Below, piece after piece: positions 17,949 through 26,871 of a DNA stretch of 64,000 nt. Source of the stretch: a virus. Its lineage: Duplodnaviria; Caudoviricetes. Under the pieces are notes generated by a model. The model had not been told where the DNA came from. It saw nothing but the letters and a program-made list of their open reading frames with translations, and searched no databases. The position numbers and the translations under genes are program-made. Numbering within the stretch: the first letter of the stretch is position 1; each line of letters begins with the position of its first letter. The stretch is taken from IMG/VR virus record IMGVR_UViG_3300028832_000130, positions 10,780-74,779 of that record, one strand, 5' to 3'.

Positions 17949-18573
17949 AGTTGAAAAAATCAGAGCCGAGATTAAAAGGAGATACAAGGAATGTAAAGGT
18001 GCGACTCCAGCAACGGAGTATCAAGAGCTACTAGCCTTCATCGACTCTATGCAAGAAGAGCCTATAAGCGAAAAGAAGTGCATATTCACCAAGGATAGCT
18101 ATACTGATGAAGATAGGAAGGTTATTTGCAAGGACTGTAAAGAGAAGTGTGAGTACAGCAAGAAAGAAGAGCCTGTAAGCGAGGATTTGCCACACATACG
18201 CCATAGAGATACACTTGATGAGTTCGCTTATCAGTGTGCCTATGATTTGTCTAATGATTGGGCGAAAGAAACCCCTACATGGAATGATGTAGAAATGGCA
18301 TGTAAGTTGGGTGCTAACTGGCAGAAAGAACATCTTTGGAAACCTGCCGATGGTGATGACCTGCCAGAGTATGACAGAGAGGTTATAGCACTACTTGACA
18401 ATGGTAAGGTGGTGTTTGCGCATAGACCAGACCCTAAAGGATGGGATGCAAAGAGTATCATCACCGAGAAAGTTGAACACTATACACCAGAGACCTATGA
18501 TAAAGGCGGTTGGAATATTCCAGATGTTAAATATTGGCTCGATGTTGAGCTTCCAAAAGAAATAGAACTATGA
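17935..18573 (+). CDS. Modular hypothetical protein (DUF551-like C-terminus)
   Basis: WKPADGDDLPEYDREVIAL...VKYWLD; ATG 17935 preferred. Confidence 0.7.
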   Translation: MSTSKVEKIRAEIKRRYKECKGATPATEYQELLAFIDSMQEEPISEKKCIFTKDSYTDEDRKVICKDCKEKCEYSKKEEPVSEDLPHIRHRDTLDEFAYQCAYDLSNDWAKETPTWNDVEMACKLGANWQKEHLWKPADGDDLPEYDREVIALLDNGKVVFAHRPDPKGWDAKSIITEKVEHYTPETYDKGGWNIPDVKYWLDVELPKEIEL

Positions 18574-18854
18574 AAGCAAATGAACTGACTGGAAAGATTC
18601 TGTTGTCTAACGGCTTTAATGTTACTGAGAATGATGTATATGAGTGTTTCTTACAAGCGGTAGAACCTCTTGATACTGGTGATACGGAAGTCTATTACAG
18701 ACGACTATACATGTACTACAACTATCTGGAATGGCGATGGTCTGTGTGGTATCTTGGTGGGGAGGGTAAGCGTCATTTAGGCTACTGTCAGACTGTGGAA
18801 CAACTGAATAAACTTCTTGAGAAGAACAATATTGATAAACAAATAGAACTATGA
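18570..18854 (+). CDS. Hypothetical protein
   Basis: ATGA-coupled. Confidence 0.65.
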   Translation: MKANELTGKILLSNGFNVTENDVYECFLQAVEPLDTGDTEVYYRRLYMYYNYLEWRWSVWYLGGEGKRHLGYCQTVEQLNKLLEKNNIDKQIEL

Positions 18855-19132
18855 GTAAGGCGGAAGAATTTATAAAAGCAAAAACAAGGATTGGTAGCAA
18901 TACAACTAAAGGGTGGCGTAGAAATGGTGTATCTATCCCTTTGTATAGTTTACCTTGGCTCACTCCCGACGAAGCAAGAAAGGCTGTGGAGATTGCGAGG
19001 GAAGATGTTATCGAAAAAGTCTGTGAGTTTCTTGAAAATGACCTTTGTTGCTACATAAAGGCACAGGATTTCGCTATAGAACATCAGAGATTAGAAAACG
19101 ACTTAAAGCAAGCAATGAAAGATGAAACGTAG
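18851..19132 (+). CDS. Hypothetical protein
   Basis: ATGA-coupled; WLTPDEARKAVEIAREDVIEK. Confidence 0.65.
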   Translation: MSKAEEFIKAKTRIGSNTTKGWRRNGVSIPLYSLPWLTPDEARKAVEIAREDVIEKVCEFLENDLCCYIKAQDFAIEHQRLENDLKQAMKDET

Positions 19133-19454
19133 AATCTATAAAAAATGGCTTAAAAATCCTCTCAACAAAAGGTTGATATGGAAGTTTTGCAAGCCGTTCC
19201 CAAAGATACCGCCTGTCGCTTTCGTCGAAAAGCACGACCCTGCATGGGTCTTTGAGCAGCTTTCAAAACATACTGATATGCTGATGCAGCGGGAAATGGA
19301 TAGGCTATGTATTCCTAAAGAACTACTACGACCTATCAATATAGGTGCAAGCGGCAATATAATAGCATTTTATGGAGCACCGCTGATAGAGAATCCAAAT
19401 AGAGTATATATGATAAACATTACTGATGATAAAGAACCAAATAAAGATGAGTAA
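19122..19454 (+). CDS. Hypothetical protein
   Basis: Overlapping coupling at both ends. Confidence 0.6.
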   Translation: MKRRIYKKWLKNPLNKRLIWKFCKPFPKIPPVAFVEKHDPAWVFEQLSKHTDMLMQREMDRLCIPKELLRPINIGASGNIIAFYGAPLIENPNRVYMINITDDKEPNKDE

Positions 19455-19734
19455 GGCAGAAGATAGAGCATTAGAAAAATATCCCAAAGAAACAAGGGAT
19501 ATTGGCGGAATTGTCATTGATATTGGGCATCCGCAATATATGCGTGACTTATATATCGAAGGCTACCACCAAGCAGAGAAAGACCTTGAACTAACTTGGA
19601 ATGATATTGCCGACATATTAGATGTCACAGATGTTATTGCTAATGACGATTCTATGGAGGAACGCTTAAAAACTATGTCGGAAGAAGAGTTTTACAAGGA
19701 AGTGTTGAATAGGTTTAAAAAGGGGAAGGGTTAA
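19447..19734 (+). CDS. Hypothetical protein
   Basis: MSKAEDRALEKYP...GYHQAEKDLELTWNDI; last gene of early operon. Confidence 0.7.
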   Translation: MSKAEDRALEKYPKETRDIGGIVIDIGHPQYMRDLYIEGYHQAEKDLELTWNDIADILDVTDVIANDDSMEERLKTMSEEEFYKEVLNRFKKGKG

Positions 19735-19749
19735 CGCTCTTCCCCTTTT
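19718..19749. terminator. Bidirectional intrinsic terminator
   Basis: AAAAGGGGAAGGG-TTAACG-CTCTTCCCCTTTT between convergent operons. Confidence 0.85.
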
Positions 19750-20150
19750 TTGTTATGGCACCTTGGACAAACAACTAATGCTACAGCAGGAAACATACAT
19801 CTTGATATCTCTCCTTGAAGATAAGCTGCTTCCTCGCTTTTTGGAGATACGCCATAGTAACTACTAATATGCTCAACAGCGTGTTTGATCTCGTGCATGA
19901 TGGTATCAAACATTTCGTCTGCAGATGTAGTCTCGCTGGCGAATAATAAGGTGAATTGCCCTTCTGGAGAGGTAAACGCATAGCCGTTATTCTTCCTCGA
20001 AAGCACCATGCAGGCATGCCGTGCTTCATCATCAGGACAACCGCTTGCCATCAGCGCATGATACACGTCACCAAGATTCTTCTCCTTGATGTCGAAGTTG
20101 GCCATTATCCACCAATCCCTATCACCTATCCAAAATCCCGTCTGTATCAT
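19731..20150 (-). CDS. Cassette gene 6: HExxH protein (possible zincin)
   Basis: IMHEIKHAVEHI...SEEAAYLQG; ATG at 20150 overlaps previous TGA. Confidence 0.65.
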   Translation of the reverse strand: MIQTGFWIGDRDWWIMANFDIKEKNLGDVYHALMASGCPDDEARHACMVLSRKNNGYAFTSPEGQFTLLFASETTSADEMFDTIMHEIKHAVEHISSYYGVSPKSEEAAYLQGEISRCMFPAVALVVCPRCHNKKGEER

Positions 20151-20554
20151 AGCATTCTCTCCCACATGATAGGTATTTCCTTCACGTCGCACTTTGCCCT
20201 AAAGCAAGCAAACACCATTTCTGGCTCTCCGTCAGGATCGCATAGTGTGTCTTTTACGTACAATGCTACATGAGCCTTGTCTGCCAACGAACTACCCAAG
20301 TAATCGGCCTTAGCCATGTTTGCCAAGTACCAGGCATCGTAGATACACTTTTCGCCTATCTTATTGCGGAAAGGCGCAATCATAGCCTCTACCTCTTCTA
20401 TGGTGTATGGCGTGATACCTTTTGGCTTGCCTGTTTCTTCATCCTTGCGCTCCATCATGGATATAGCCCACTCTGCCATCTTCTTTGAGAAATGGCCTTT
20501 GTAGTGCTCCATATACTGAGCCTCTTCCTCTGTAATGATATATCTTACTTCCAT
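20147..20554 (-). CDS. Cassette gene 5: helical hypothetical protein
   Basis: YKGHFSKKMAEWAISMM...YLANMAKADYLGSS. Confidence 0.75.
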   Translation of the reverse strand: MEVRYIITEEEAQYMEHYKGHFSKKMAEWAISMMERKDEETGKPKGITPYTIEEVEAMIAPFRNKIGEKCIYDAWYLANMAKADYLGSSLADKAHVALYVKDTLCDPDGEPEMVFACFRAKCDVKEIPIMWERML

Positions 20555-20579
20555 ACTACTGTTCCCTTTAATTTTTTAA

Positions 20580-20605
20580 AGGGCAGATATGTTACTACCT
20601 GCCCT
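20580..20605 (-). terminator. Internal terminator-like hairpin
   Basis: AGGGCAG/CTGCCCT stem followed by T run on minus strand. Confidence 0.55.
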
Positions 20606-20613
20606 CTCTTTGA

Positions 20614-20874
20614 TTATCGTCCATAGCGGGAATGAGAAGAACCCATCCGCATACCGAACTCACTACCTTGCGACTGTTCCTGAGCATCTTCAAAGCCGTG
20701 CTTGTAACCCTCGCAGTAACCTTCCTCGTACTCGTCTTTCTTATAGTTACCACGATACTCACCTGCACCGGGACTGCCACCCATTCTGCGGAAACCGTGC
20801 TGCATCATCTTCTCGCGCATCTTGTCACGCATTTCGTCGCTACCGCTTTTGCTGTCTACAATAATATAACTCAT
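20614..20874 (-). CDS. Cassette gene 4: Gly/Arg/Met-rich low-complexity protein
   Basis: MRDKMREKMM...EEGYCEGYKHGFEDA...YGR. Confidence 0.7.
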   Translation of the reverse strand: MSYIIVDSKSGSDEMRDKMREKMMQHGFRRMGGSPGAGEYRGNYKKDEYEEGYCEGYKHGFEDAQEQSQGSEFGMRMGSSHSRYGR

Positions 20875-20905
20875 AGCTTTGTTCCTTTCTTTTCTTTAAA
20901 TGGAT

Positions 20906-21418
20906 TTATGGAGTCTTGGGGGCAATCTTCTGCACCAATGCGTAGATGTCGGATAGCATCTTCTCCTGCTTGTCGGCACGCTCCTGCAAGTCCAGGATAG
21001 TCCTTGCCTGCTGCTTATTCTCAGCGTATTGAGGATTCAGGGCTTCCATCATCTTCTCACTCTCGCTGATCACCGACTTGTGGTACGGTATCTGCTCCAG
21101 AGCCTTTTTCGAGGTCTGCAGCATGGCATCTACGGCCTGCAGCATAGCCTCTCGGCTTCCGCTGAATGTAACGTTACCTCTTTGCGCTATCTCTACGTTG
21201 ATTGGAATCTCGCTAAAGGTTTCATCCTTGCCGTTGATGGTAGCTATCACGTCGATAACTTGCTGTACCTGCATACCTTGCATGATGTTCGGAGTCTGCG
21301 TAGGGAACTTGGCCCTCGCCTGACTCTTCTGTTTCACTACACCGACTTCTAGTATCGGCTTCTCTCCTTGCCGGAGAATATAGAACGGACTGCCGTTCCC
21401 AAGACTATTAAAATCCAT
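20906..21418 (-). CDS. Cassette gene 3: beta domain plus coiled coil
   Basis: MDFNSLGNGSPFYIL...CC tail QERADKQEKMLSDI. Confidence 0.75.
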   Translation of the reverse strand: MDFNSLGNGSPFYILRQGEKPILEVGVVKQKSQARAKFPTQTPNIMQGMQVQQVIDVIATINGKDETFSEIPINVEIAQRGNVTFSGSREAMLQAVDAMLQTSKKALEQIPYHKSVISESEKMMEALNPQYAENKQQARTILDLQERADKQEKMLSDIYALVQKIAPKTP

Positions 21419-21442
21419 AATTGTTTACTTTTAATTGATTAT

Positions 21443-21790
21443 TTACGCTGTTGCTTCCACTGCCTTTGATGTCAACTGCAAAATACCGTTGAATCTATCG
21501 TTGAATACCGTGATAACACCTGTACCGCCAATCAGATTGGCTACTGTTACGGGTGTTCCGTCAAGCAGAGTGAGGTTCCTTGTTGTGCCGTTCAGCGTCA
21601 GCGTCACGGGCAGTGTGCCAGTGGTTCCTGCGGGGATGGCAGTCGCAAGGCGAATCGTCAGATAGCCTACGGGCTGAATCCTGCGGAAACCAAGGGCAAG
21701 GTCTACACTCTCTGTTCCAACGGTAACATTTGTGACACTCAGGTACGGAATACCGCCTGCGTTGGTCGTAATATTCATGTTGTTTACCAT
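21443..21790 (-). CDS. Cassette gene 2: small beta-rich protein
   Basis: T/V/G-rich strands GIPYLSVTNVTVGTESVDL... Confidence 0.75.
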   Translation of the reverse strand: MVNNMNITTNAGGIPYLSVTNVTVGTESVDLALGFRRIQPVGYLTIRLATAIPAGTTGTLPVTLTLNGTTRNLTLLDGTPVTVANLIGGTGVITVFNDRFNGILQLTSKAVEATA

Positions 21791-21810
21791 ATCCTTATCC
21801 TCCTACAACA

Positions 21811-22710
21811 TTAAAATACGATACCATTGCCAAAGCCGTTACCATAGTAGCTGCCTGCATACGGAGTGTTGTTTACTGCCGTAAGATTAGGCCACTGCAC
21901 GGGTACGGTGTTAGGCTGCTTGTCAGCAATCTCGGTCACCTTAGCTGCAAGTGGAGCAATTAGTGAGTTCACGTAGCCAGTGATCTGTGCTGTCTGCTGT
22001 GCGTTGTCAATCTGTCCGCGAAGCTGAGTGATGGTGTCGGCCTGTGAGTCAATCTTTGCCTGCATCTCACGCTCCTTCAAGGCACAGAACTGGTCGTTCA
22101 TGGCTACGGTCTGAGCATTGATAGCATTCAGCAAGTTGTTGGCGTTGCGGTCTGCCTGACTGCCAAGCTGGTTGGTCTGGTTCAGAGTAGCAATCTGAGC
22201 CTGATAACCCTGCTCTGTTACGAGCAACTTGTTTTCGCAGCAACACTGCTGGAATCTAGCTGCAAGGTCACAGTTGCCTGCCTGGATAGAGTTGATAACC
22301 TGGAGTGTGCTCATGCCCTGCTGTGCAGCAAGTGTAGCAAGCGAGCTCTGAACATTCTGAACTGCTGAATTTACAGTAGCATAGTCCTGACCAAGCATGG
22401 TTGCAAGGTTCTGGATAGCACTGCGGCTTGCCTCGCCGTTAGCGTTGATAGCGTTCATTATCAACTCACGGCCTGAATCGTTGTTCAACTGGTTGCTGAT
22501 AAAGCCTGCACCTGCGCCATTACCGAAACCGCCGCCAAAGCCGCCGTTGTTCCATCCGAAGATGGAAGCGATGATAGCCAGTCCGAACAGGTCAACGATA
22601 CCGTTCATGCCGTTGCCGAAGCCGAAGCCTCCGTTACCCATGCCGCCAATGGGGATGGTGAATTGTGGCGTATTGCCCGAATTTTCGGGAATCTGATAAA
22701 TATCTGCCAT
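21811..22710 (-). CDS. Cassette gene 1: Gly-rich hydrophobic N-terminus, long N/Q coiled coil, CCC motif
   Basis: GGMGNGGFGFGNG-IVDLFGLAIIASIFGW-GGFGGGFG; QQCCCENK; heptad N/Q repeats. Confidence 0.8.
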   Translation of the reverse strand: MADIYQIPENSGNTPQFTIPIGGMGNGGFGFGNGMNGIVDLFGLAIIASIFGWNNGGFGGGFGNGAGAGFISNQLNNDSGRELIMNAINANGEASRSAIQNLATMLGQDYATVNSAVQNVQSSLATLAAQQGMSTLQVINSIQAGNCDLAARFQQCCCENKLLVTEQGYQAQIATLNQTNQLGSQADRNANNLLNAINAQTVAMNDQFCALKEREMQAKIDSQADTITQLRGQIDNAQQTAQITGYVNSLIAPLAAKVTEIADKQPNTVPVQWPNLTAVNNTPYAGSYYGNGFGNGIVF

Positions 22711-22780
22711 AGTTTTGTTTCTTTTTTTGATTTTGTAAAATTGTTAAAAGCTCTCGTTGTGTCGTTGCGCATTGACATCA

Positions 22781-22788
22781 CAAAAATA
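22781..22788 (-). promoter_or_regulatory. -7 element upstream of the cassette
   Basis: CAAAAATA = TATTTTTG on minus strand, about 70 nt before cassette gene 1. Confidence 0.5.
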
Positions 22789-22851
22789 ATCATTGTTCTG
22801 CATGTCGCTATGCTATAGCGGCCACATACAGCATTCACTTTTAGAAGCCAT

Positions 22852-23079
22852 TTAACAATCTTTGCCAAGCCTTCTTATTGCTCTTTCAATAGAGGCTTTG
22901 CTTGTGTGATATTCTTCGGCCAACATCTGTATCACTGCCCTGTATTTGATACCGCTTTTTCGCATATTCAAATACTCGTGATACATCTTCACAAACTTGT
23001 AATCATCCCGCTTGACGTCGTTTTCTGACATCAGTTTTAACAATTCACCACCGATTTTCAGCAATTCTACGACTTTCAT
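22852..23079 (-). CDS. Small HTH (Mor-like) transcription regulator
   Basis: C-terminal VIQMLAEEYHTSKASIERAIRRL HTH pattern. Confidence 0.65.
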   Translation of the reverse strand: MKVVELLKIGGELLKLMSENDVKRDDYKFVKMYHEYLNMRKSGIKYRAVIQMLAEEYHTSKASIERAIRRLGKDC

Positions 23080-23127
23080 ACGTGCAAAAATTTTGTTACA
23101 TCAAATATTTTTATTAACTTTGCACCC

Positions 23128-23250
23128 AGAACCACCGACATAAACATATAAGTCTACTCGTAGCAGTAAGGGTATCATCCCCCGACGTGCCGCGAGTAGG
23201 CTTAGTTTGTAGAAAGTTGGTGGTTCTTCTTTTTATGAAAGTCGGGGGAT
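23128..23250 (+). ncRNA. Promoter-driven structured ncRNA
   Basis: TAACTTTG (23115-23122) then AGAACCA-CCGAC/GTTGG-TGGTTCT outer stem, CTACTCG/CGAGTAG inner stem, loop CCCCGAC complementary to GTCGGGG (23241-23247). Confidence 0.55.
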
Positions 23251-23265
23251 TTTTTATTTCCCCCG
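23243..23265. terminator. Terminator hairpin ending the capsid operon
   Basis: CGGGGGA/TCCCCCG stem. Confidence 0.6.
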
Positions 23266-23270
23266 TCTCT

Positions 23271-23588
23271 TTATGTTTGCCCTACGGCATAACCTTTCGT
23301 ATTAGCAAACTGTATCATTGTTGGCTCTTCTGTCAGGTATATCCTTACGTACCTGTACTTTGTCGAGCCATATATCCTTATTCTGAATTCTGGGCCTGCC
23401 CAAGGGGTAACACGAGCCTTTGGCCAAGGGCCTTCTGCGCTTTCCGCTTTTCTGATAACCATCCTGCCTTTGTCAGGAAGGGTAACTTCGAGATATGTAT
23501 CACCTGTTAGGCACCATATTTCAGATACCCAAGCGTTTTCTTCCTCGCTCCAAGCTCCGTTGATGGTTGTTATCTCTCCGTTTCTCAT
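23271..23588 (-). CDS. Hypothetical virion-operon protein
   Basis: Last gene of capsid operon, ATGA-type coupling. Confidence 0.7.
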   Translation of the reverse strand: MRNGEITTINGAWSEEENAWVSEIWCLTGDTYLEVTLPDKGRMVIRKAESAEGPWPKARVTPWAGPEFRIRIYGSTKYRYVRIYLTEEPTMIQFANTKGYAVGQT

Positions 23589-24334
23589 TGCTTAACTGTT
23601 ACTTTAAGGTTCTGCATGGCTATCTCTAGCATCTTTTCGCTTCTTGCATCGCCGTATGCTGATAGCAGAAGAAAAGCGAGATAATAGATAAACGATGTCT
23701 TGACTCTTGGGGGCAGGGGATAGTGCCTTTCCGTTACTGCAGGTTCGCCACTTGTAACGTCAAAGGCATGCTCTTCTGGGTCAACGTTGGCAACGTAAGT
23801 ATATTCTGCTGACGTGCCGGTGGGCCACACTTCTATTTCACGTGTAGCCTTTTCAATCAGAACAGCCTGCGGACGGTCTGCTGTAGCGGTAGCACCATTT
23901 ACATCATAAAGCTGCAAGTACTCGTCAGAGTCCTCTGCCAACAACACCTTAACGGCTCTGTGCCAACCAGTTACCCTTACTCTTGCTAATTTTACGAAAT
24001 CAGCAGGCATAGTTAGCTTTCCGGCATTTGTTCCTGTTATCTCGGTAGGAACAAGTGTACCAGATTGTGGCATATCGACGAGTATTCCTGTGTTAACGAG
24101 TACTGTATGCCCTTCTTCTTCCGTTGTCTCATCAGAACCTCCCAAAAGGTCTGTTGGGGCATACAGACTAATCCATCTTATGGCATCGCCTATCTTGGAC
24201 TTGATGATGTTGTTCATCAAACCTTCGTCGTCTGCCCCAAAGTCATACGCAGATACATCGGCGATACCAGCTACATTCAAAGCTTCTTCGTCGATGCACC
24301 AGCGTACAGCCTTTATGATGTCGTTAATTGTCAT
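23585..24334 (-). CDS. Putative head-associated/adaptor protein
   Basis: MTINDIIKAVRWCIDEE...FIYYLAFLLLSAYGD; position in capsid operon. Confidence 0.55.
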   Translation of the reverse strand: MTINDIIKAVRWCIDEEALNVAGIADVSAYDFGADDEGLMNNIIKSKIGDAIRWISLYAPTDLLGGSDETTEEEGHTVLVNTGILVDMPQSGTLVPTEITGTNAGKLTMPADFVKLARVRVTGWHRAVKVLLAEDSDEYLQLYDVNGATATADRPQAVLIEKATREIEVWPTGTSAEYTYVANVDPEEHAFDVTSGEPAVTERHYPLPPRVKTSFIYYLAFLLLSAYGDARSEKMLEIAMQNLKVTVKQ

Positions 24335-24621
24335 TACTCAGTCTTTTTCGTGTAACGGCTATCACCCCACTGCTCAATATCACCACCTTCACCAATACCG
24401 GCAGTGATAGCGGCACTAATTGCACTTGTGATAGCACCCTCTGTACCAAGGGCGGCAGTAATACGTGCATCAATAACTGAGGCAAGCTTTGTATTACCAT
24501 CGTCTACCTGACTCAAAAGGTTCAATACTTCCTTTACTGACTCAATCTTGTCGTTTTCTACGACTGTATTCAGCAGGGCGTCATTGGCCTGCTCGTGTTT
24601 CTTGTCTGAAAACTTTCCCAT
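24334..24621 (-). CDS. Hypothetical protein
   Basis: 95-aa Ala/Ile-rich ORF in capsid operon. Confidence 0.65.
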   Translation of the reverse strand: MGKFSDKKHEQANDALLNTVVENDKIESVKEVLNLLSQVDDGNTKLASVIDARITAALGTEGAITSAISAAITAGIGEGGDIEQWGDSRYTKKTE

Positions 24622-24629
24622 AATCGTAA

Positions 24630-25049
24630 TTATTTGTCGTTGTTCTTCTCTTTCAGATTGGGGAACTCAACACCCTTCTGAATAGCAATCTTAACAGCCT
24701 GCTTGCCACTCTTTACCACGATTCCCCAAGTGTTGAAAACATACTCGATGGCCTGTTCTGGAGAAGTAACCTCTTCAACCTGTTTATTCCGAGGTGCCTT
24801 GTTTGCTTTTTCCGTGGGATTATCCTCAATAGTACGCTCCAATACGATAACGCCCCTCTTGAAAAGGTCGCTATCTTCCAGCAAGTCCTGATAGAACTCG
24901 TTGCGAAGCATGCAGCGGGCTGGCATATTTGGCATAAACTGATTACCATCCTTAAAGGTGTACGTCACCTGCATCTTACCGTCATTTGCGGAAAGATTGA
25001 AGATGGCGCTGTTCTTCTTCTGATTAAGTTTGTATATCTTTGTTGCCAT
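24630..25049 (-). CDS. Hypothetical protein downstream of MCP
   Basis: 139-aa ORF, ATTATG context. Confidence 0.7.
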   Translation of the reverse strand: MATKIYKLNQKKNSAIFNLSANDGKMQVTYTFKDGNQFMPNMPARCMLRNEFYQDLLEDSDLFKRGVIVLERTIEDNPTEKANKAPRNKQVEEVTSPEQAIEYVFNTWGIVVKSGKQAVKIAIQKGVEFPNLKEKNNDK

Positions 25050-25072
25050 AATAATAATGGATTAAAAAAGAA

Positions 25073-25102
25073 GATAGACCGTACCCTGTTGCACGGTCTA
25101 TC
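25073..25102. terminator. Hairpin after MCP gene
   Basis: GATAGACCGT/ACGGTCTATC 10-bp stem flanked by A and T runs. Confidence 0.75.
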
Positions 25103-25115
25103 GCGTTTTTTTTGT

Positions 25116-26843
25116 TTAGACTGCACTGGTGTAGCCGGTGTACTCAACCCAAGCATTGGTAGAGTACTGCCATACTGTACCTGCCTTGTAGGTTACGTCG
25201 GGATCGTCGCCAGAGCCTTCGATGGTGTAGTCCTGTGTCAGAGCAACAATTGTTCCGTCAGCAGGATTGCTTGGAAGCTTGGCAGCAGAAACAACTGCGG
25301 TACGTGAAGCGGTGTCAGGCAGAGAGAAGATGATGTCGCTAGGACCTACGATGATGGAGTTGTAGCCGCGCAATGCGATACAGTCTGCCTCGTAGTGAAT
25401 CTCGCGTTTTGCATCACGGATCTCGCCAGCGCCCTTAGACATGTCGTTGGTGAACTCCTTCTCGCCAATCTTCACATAGCGGGTAGCACCCTCCAGGTCA
25501 AGAACTACGCAAACCTCGTCCATACCGATAGCGTCGAGACCCTGGTCCCAAGTGAAGTCGGTTGTGCCGAAGGTAGTCTTGAGGCGCTTGAAGTCGATAT
25601 CCAGCTCCTTAACGTCCTCCATCTTGATAATGCGCTTGTTGTCGCCCATGTCGAGGTTCAACAACCACTGCATGAAGGTAGAACCGCAGAAAGCGTAAGA
25701 GTGAGAACTCTGTGAGAAGGTGGTGTGCTGCAGCTTAGAGATGGCAATCAAATCGCCAACGGTGATATGGCCACGGTCAATGCTGAACGAGTTGGTTACC
25801 TGCCACAGAATACCCTTAGAACCGTAGGCATCCTCAACAGACTGGTCGCCGTTGATTACCTGAATACGGGTCTTGGCACCCATCCAATAGGTACGTTCTG
25901 CACGGAGGTTGTAGTTGCGGATGGCATTAGCCTTAACGTCGGCAACATGCCAAGGCATCTTCTTCTTAACCTTCTCGAAGTCGTTAGTCCAAACGATGTT
26001 CAACAGCTTCTTCTGAACGCTGAACTCTTCGTAACGAGGCTGATAGTTCTCAGGAGTAATCAGCAACTGGCTCTCGCCTGCGATAGAAGAACCTGCGCAG
26101 AGATAAGCGTTTGCAGGAAGACCCTTGTTTGAGCTTACTCCGTTACCGGCAAACTCACGAACCTCGTAGGTGTCACCAGCAGTAGCACCGTTCTTCAATT
26201 TACCGTTGATAGGAACAACGAGCACATAGCTAGAAGTCACGTCAACGACAAACAGCTCCAGGCAACCCTCTACGGTAGTACCATCCTCTGCGTAACCGTC
26301 AATGAACGGACAGAAAACAGTAGTGCCCTTGTAGAAAGCTTTCAGCGAACCGTTGAAGTTTGATGTGGTCAGCTTCAAGCTACCATCTTCCTCCTGTGTG
26401 ATTGCAGAAGTGGTACGGCCATCCAAGGTGTCACCACCGATACGGGCGTGCTTTACCGTCCAGTTCTGAAGGTTGACTTTGCGTGCGACACGACGCGCAA
26501 TGGAGAGAAGCGGAGTACGCCACGGCTGAAACTGGGTAATCCCCTGATCCCACTCGTCGTCGATGTTGTCTTCTTTACGCTGCTGGGTAGAACTCAGCTG
26601 AGAACCGTTCAAGGTCTCACCGGCAGCACCATCGCCAGGAATGTGCAGGTCGTTATTGGCTGGGTTGGCAGGCTCGTTGGCAGCAGCTTCGGCGGCTGTT
26701 GCGGGCAGAGCGCCCTCGTCACCAATTGGGGCATCATTAACTACGGTAGCGTCTGCCATAGCACCGCCACCACTAACTACGGCAAGGACAAACAGCACAA
26801 AGCTGAGGACTCGCCAAATGTTCACGTTCTTAATTTTCTTCAT
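25116..26843 (-). CDS. Major capsid protein with N-terminal signal-peptide/TM-like segment
   Basis: Follows scaffold-like gene, is followed by a strong hairpin, strongly biased codons; TPLLSIAR, YNLRAERTYWMG; N-term MKKIKNVNIWRVLSFVLFVLAVVSGGGAMA. Confidence 0.75.
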   Translation of the reverse strand: MKKIKNVNIWRVLSFVLFVLAVVSGGGAMADATVVNDAPIGDEGALPATAAEAAANEPANPANNDLHIPGDGAAGETLNGSQLSSTQQRKEDNIDDEWDQGITQFQPWRTPLLSIARRVARKVNLQNWTVKHARIGGDTLDGRTTSAITQEEDGSLKLTTSNFNGSLKAFYKGTTVFCPFIDGYAEDGTTVEGCLELFVVDVTSSYVLVVPINGKLKNGATAGDTYEVREFAGNGVSSNKGLPANAYLCAGSSIAGESQLLITPENYQPRYEEFSVQKKLLNIVWTNDFEKVKKKMPWHVADVKANAIRNYNLRAERTYWMGAKTRIQVINGDQSVEDAYGSKGILWQVTNSFSIDRGHITVGDLIAISKLQHTTFSQSSHSYAFCGSTFMQWLLNLDMGDNKRIIKMEDVKELDIDFKRLKTTFGTTDFTWDQGLDAIGMDEVCVVLDLEGATRYVKIGEKEFTNDMSKGAGEIRDAKREIHYEADCIALRGYNSIIVGPSDIIFSLPDTASRTAVVSAAKLPSNPADGTIVALTQDYTIEGSGDDPDVTYKAGTVWQYSTNAWVEYTGYTSAV

Positions 26844-26871
26844 CTTGTTAGGATTTTTATATGGTTTCGAA

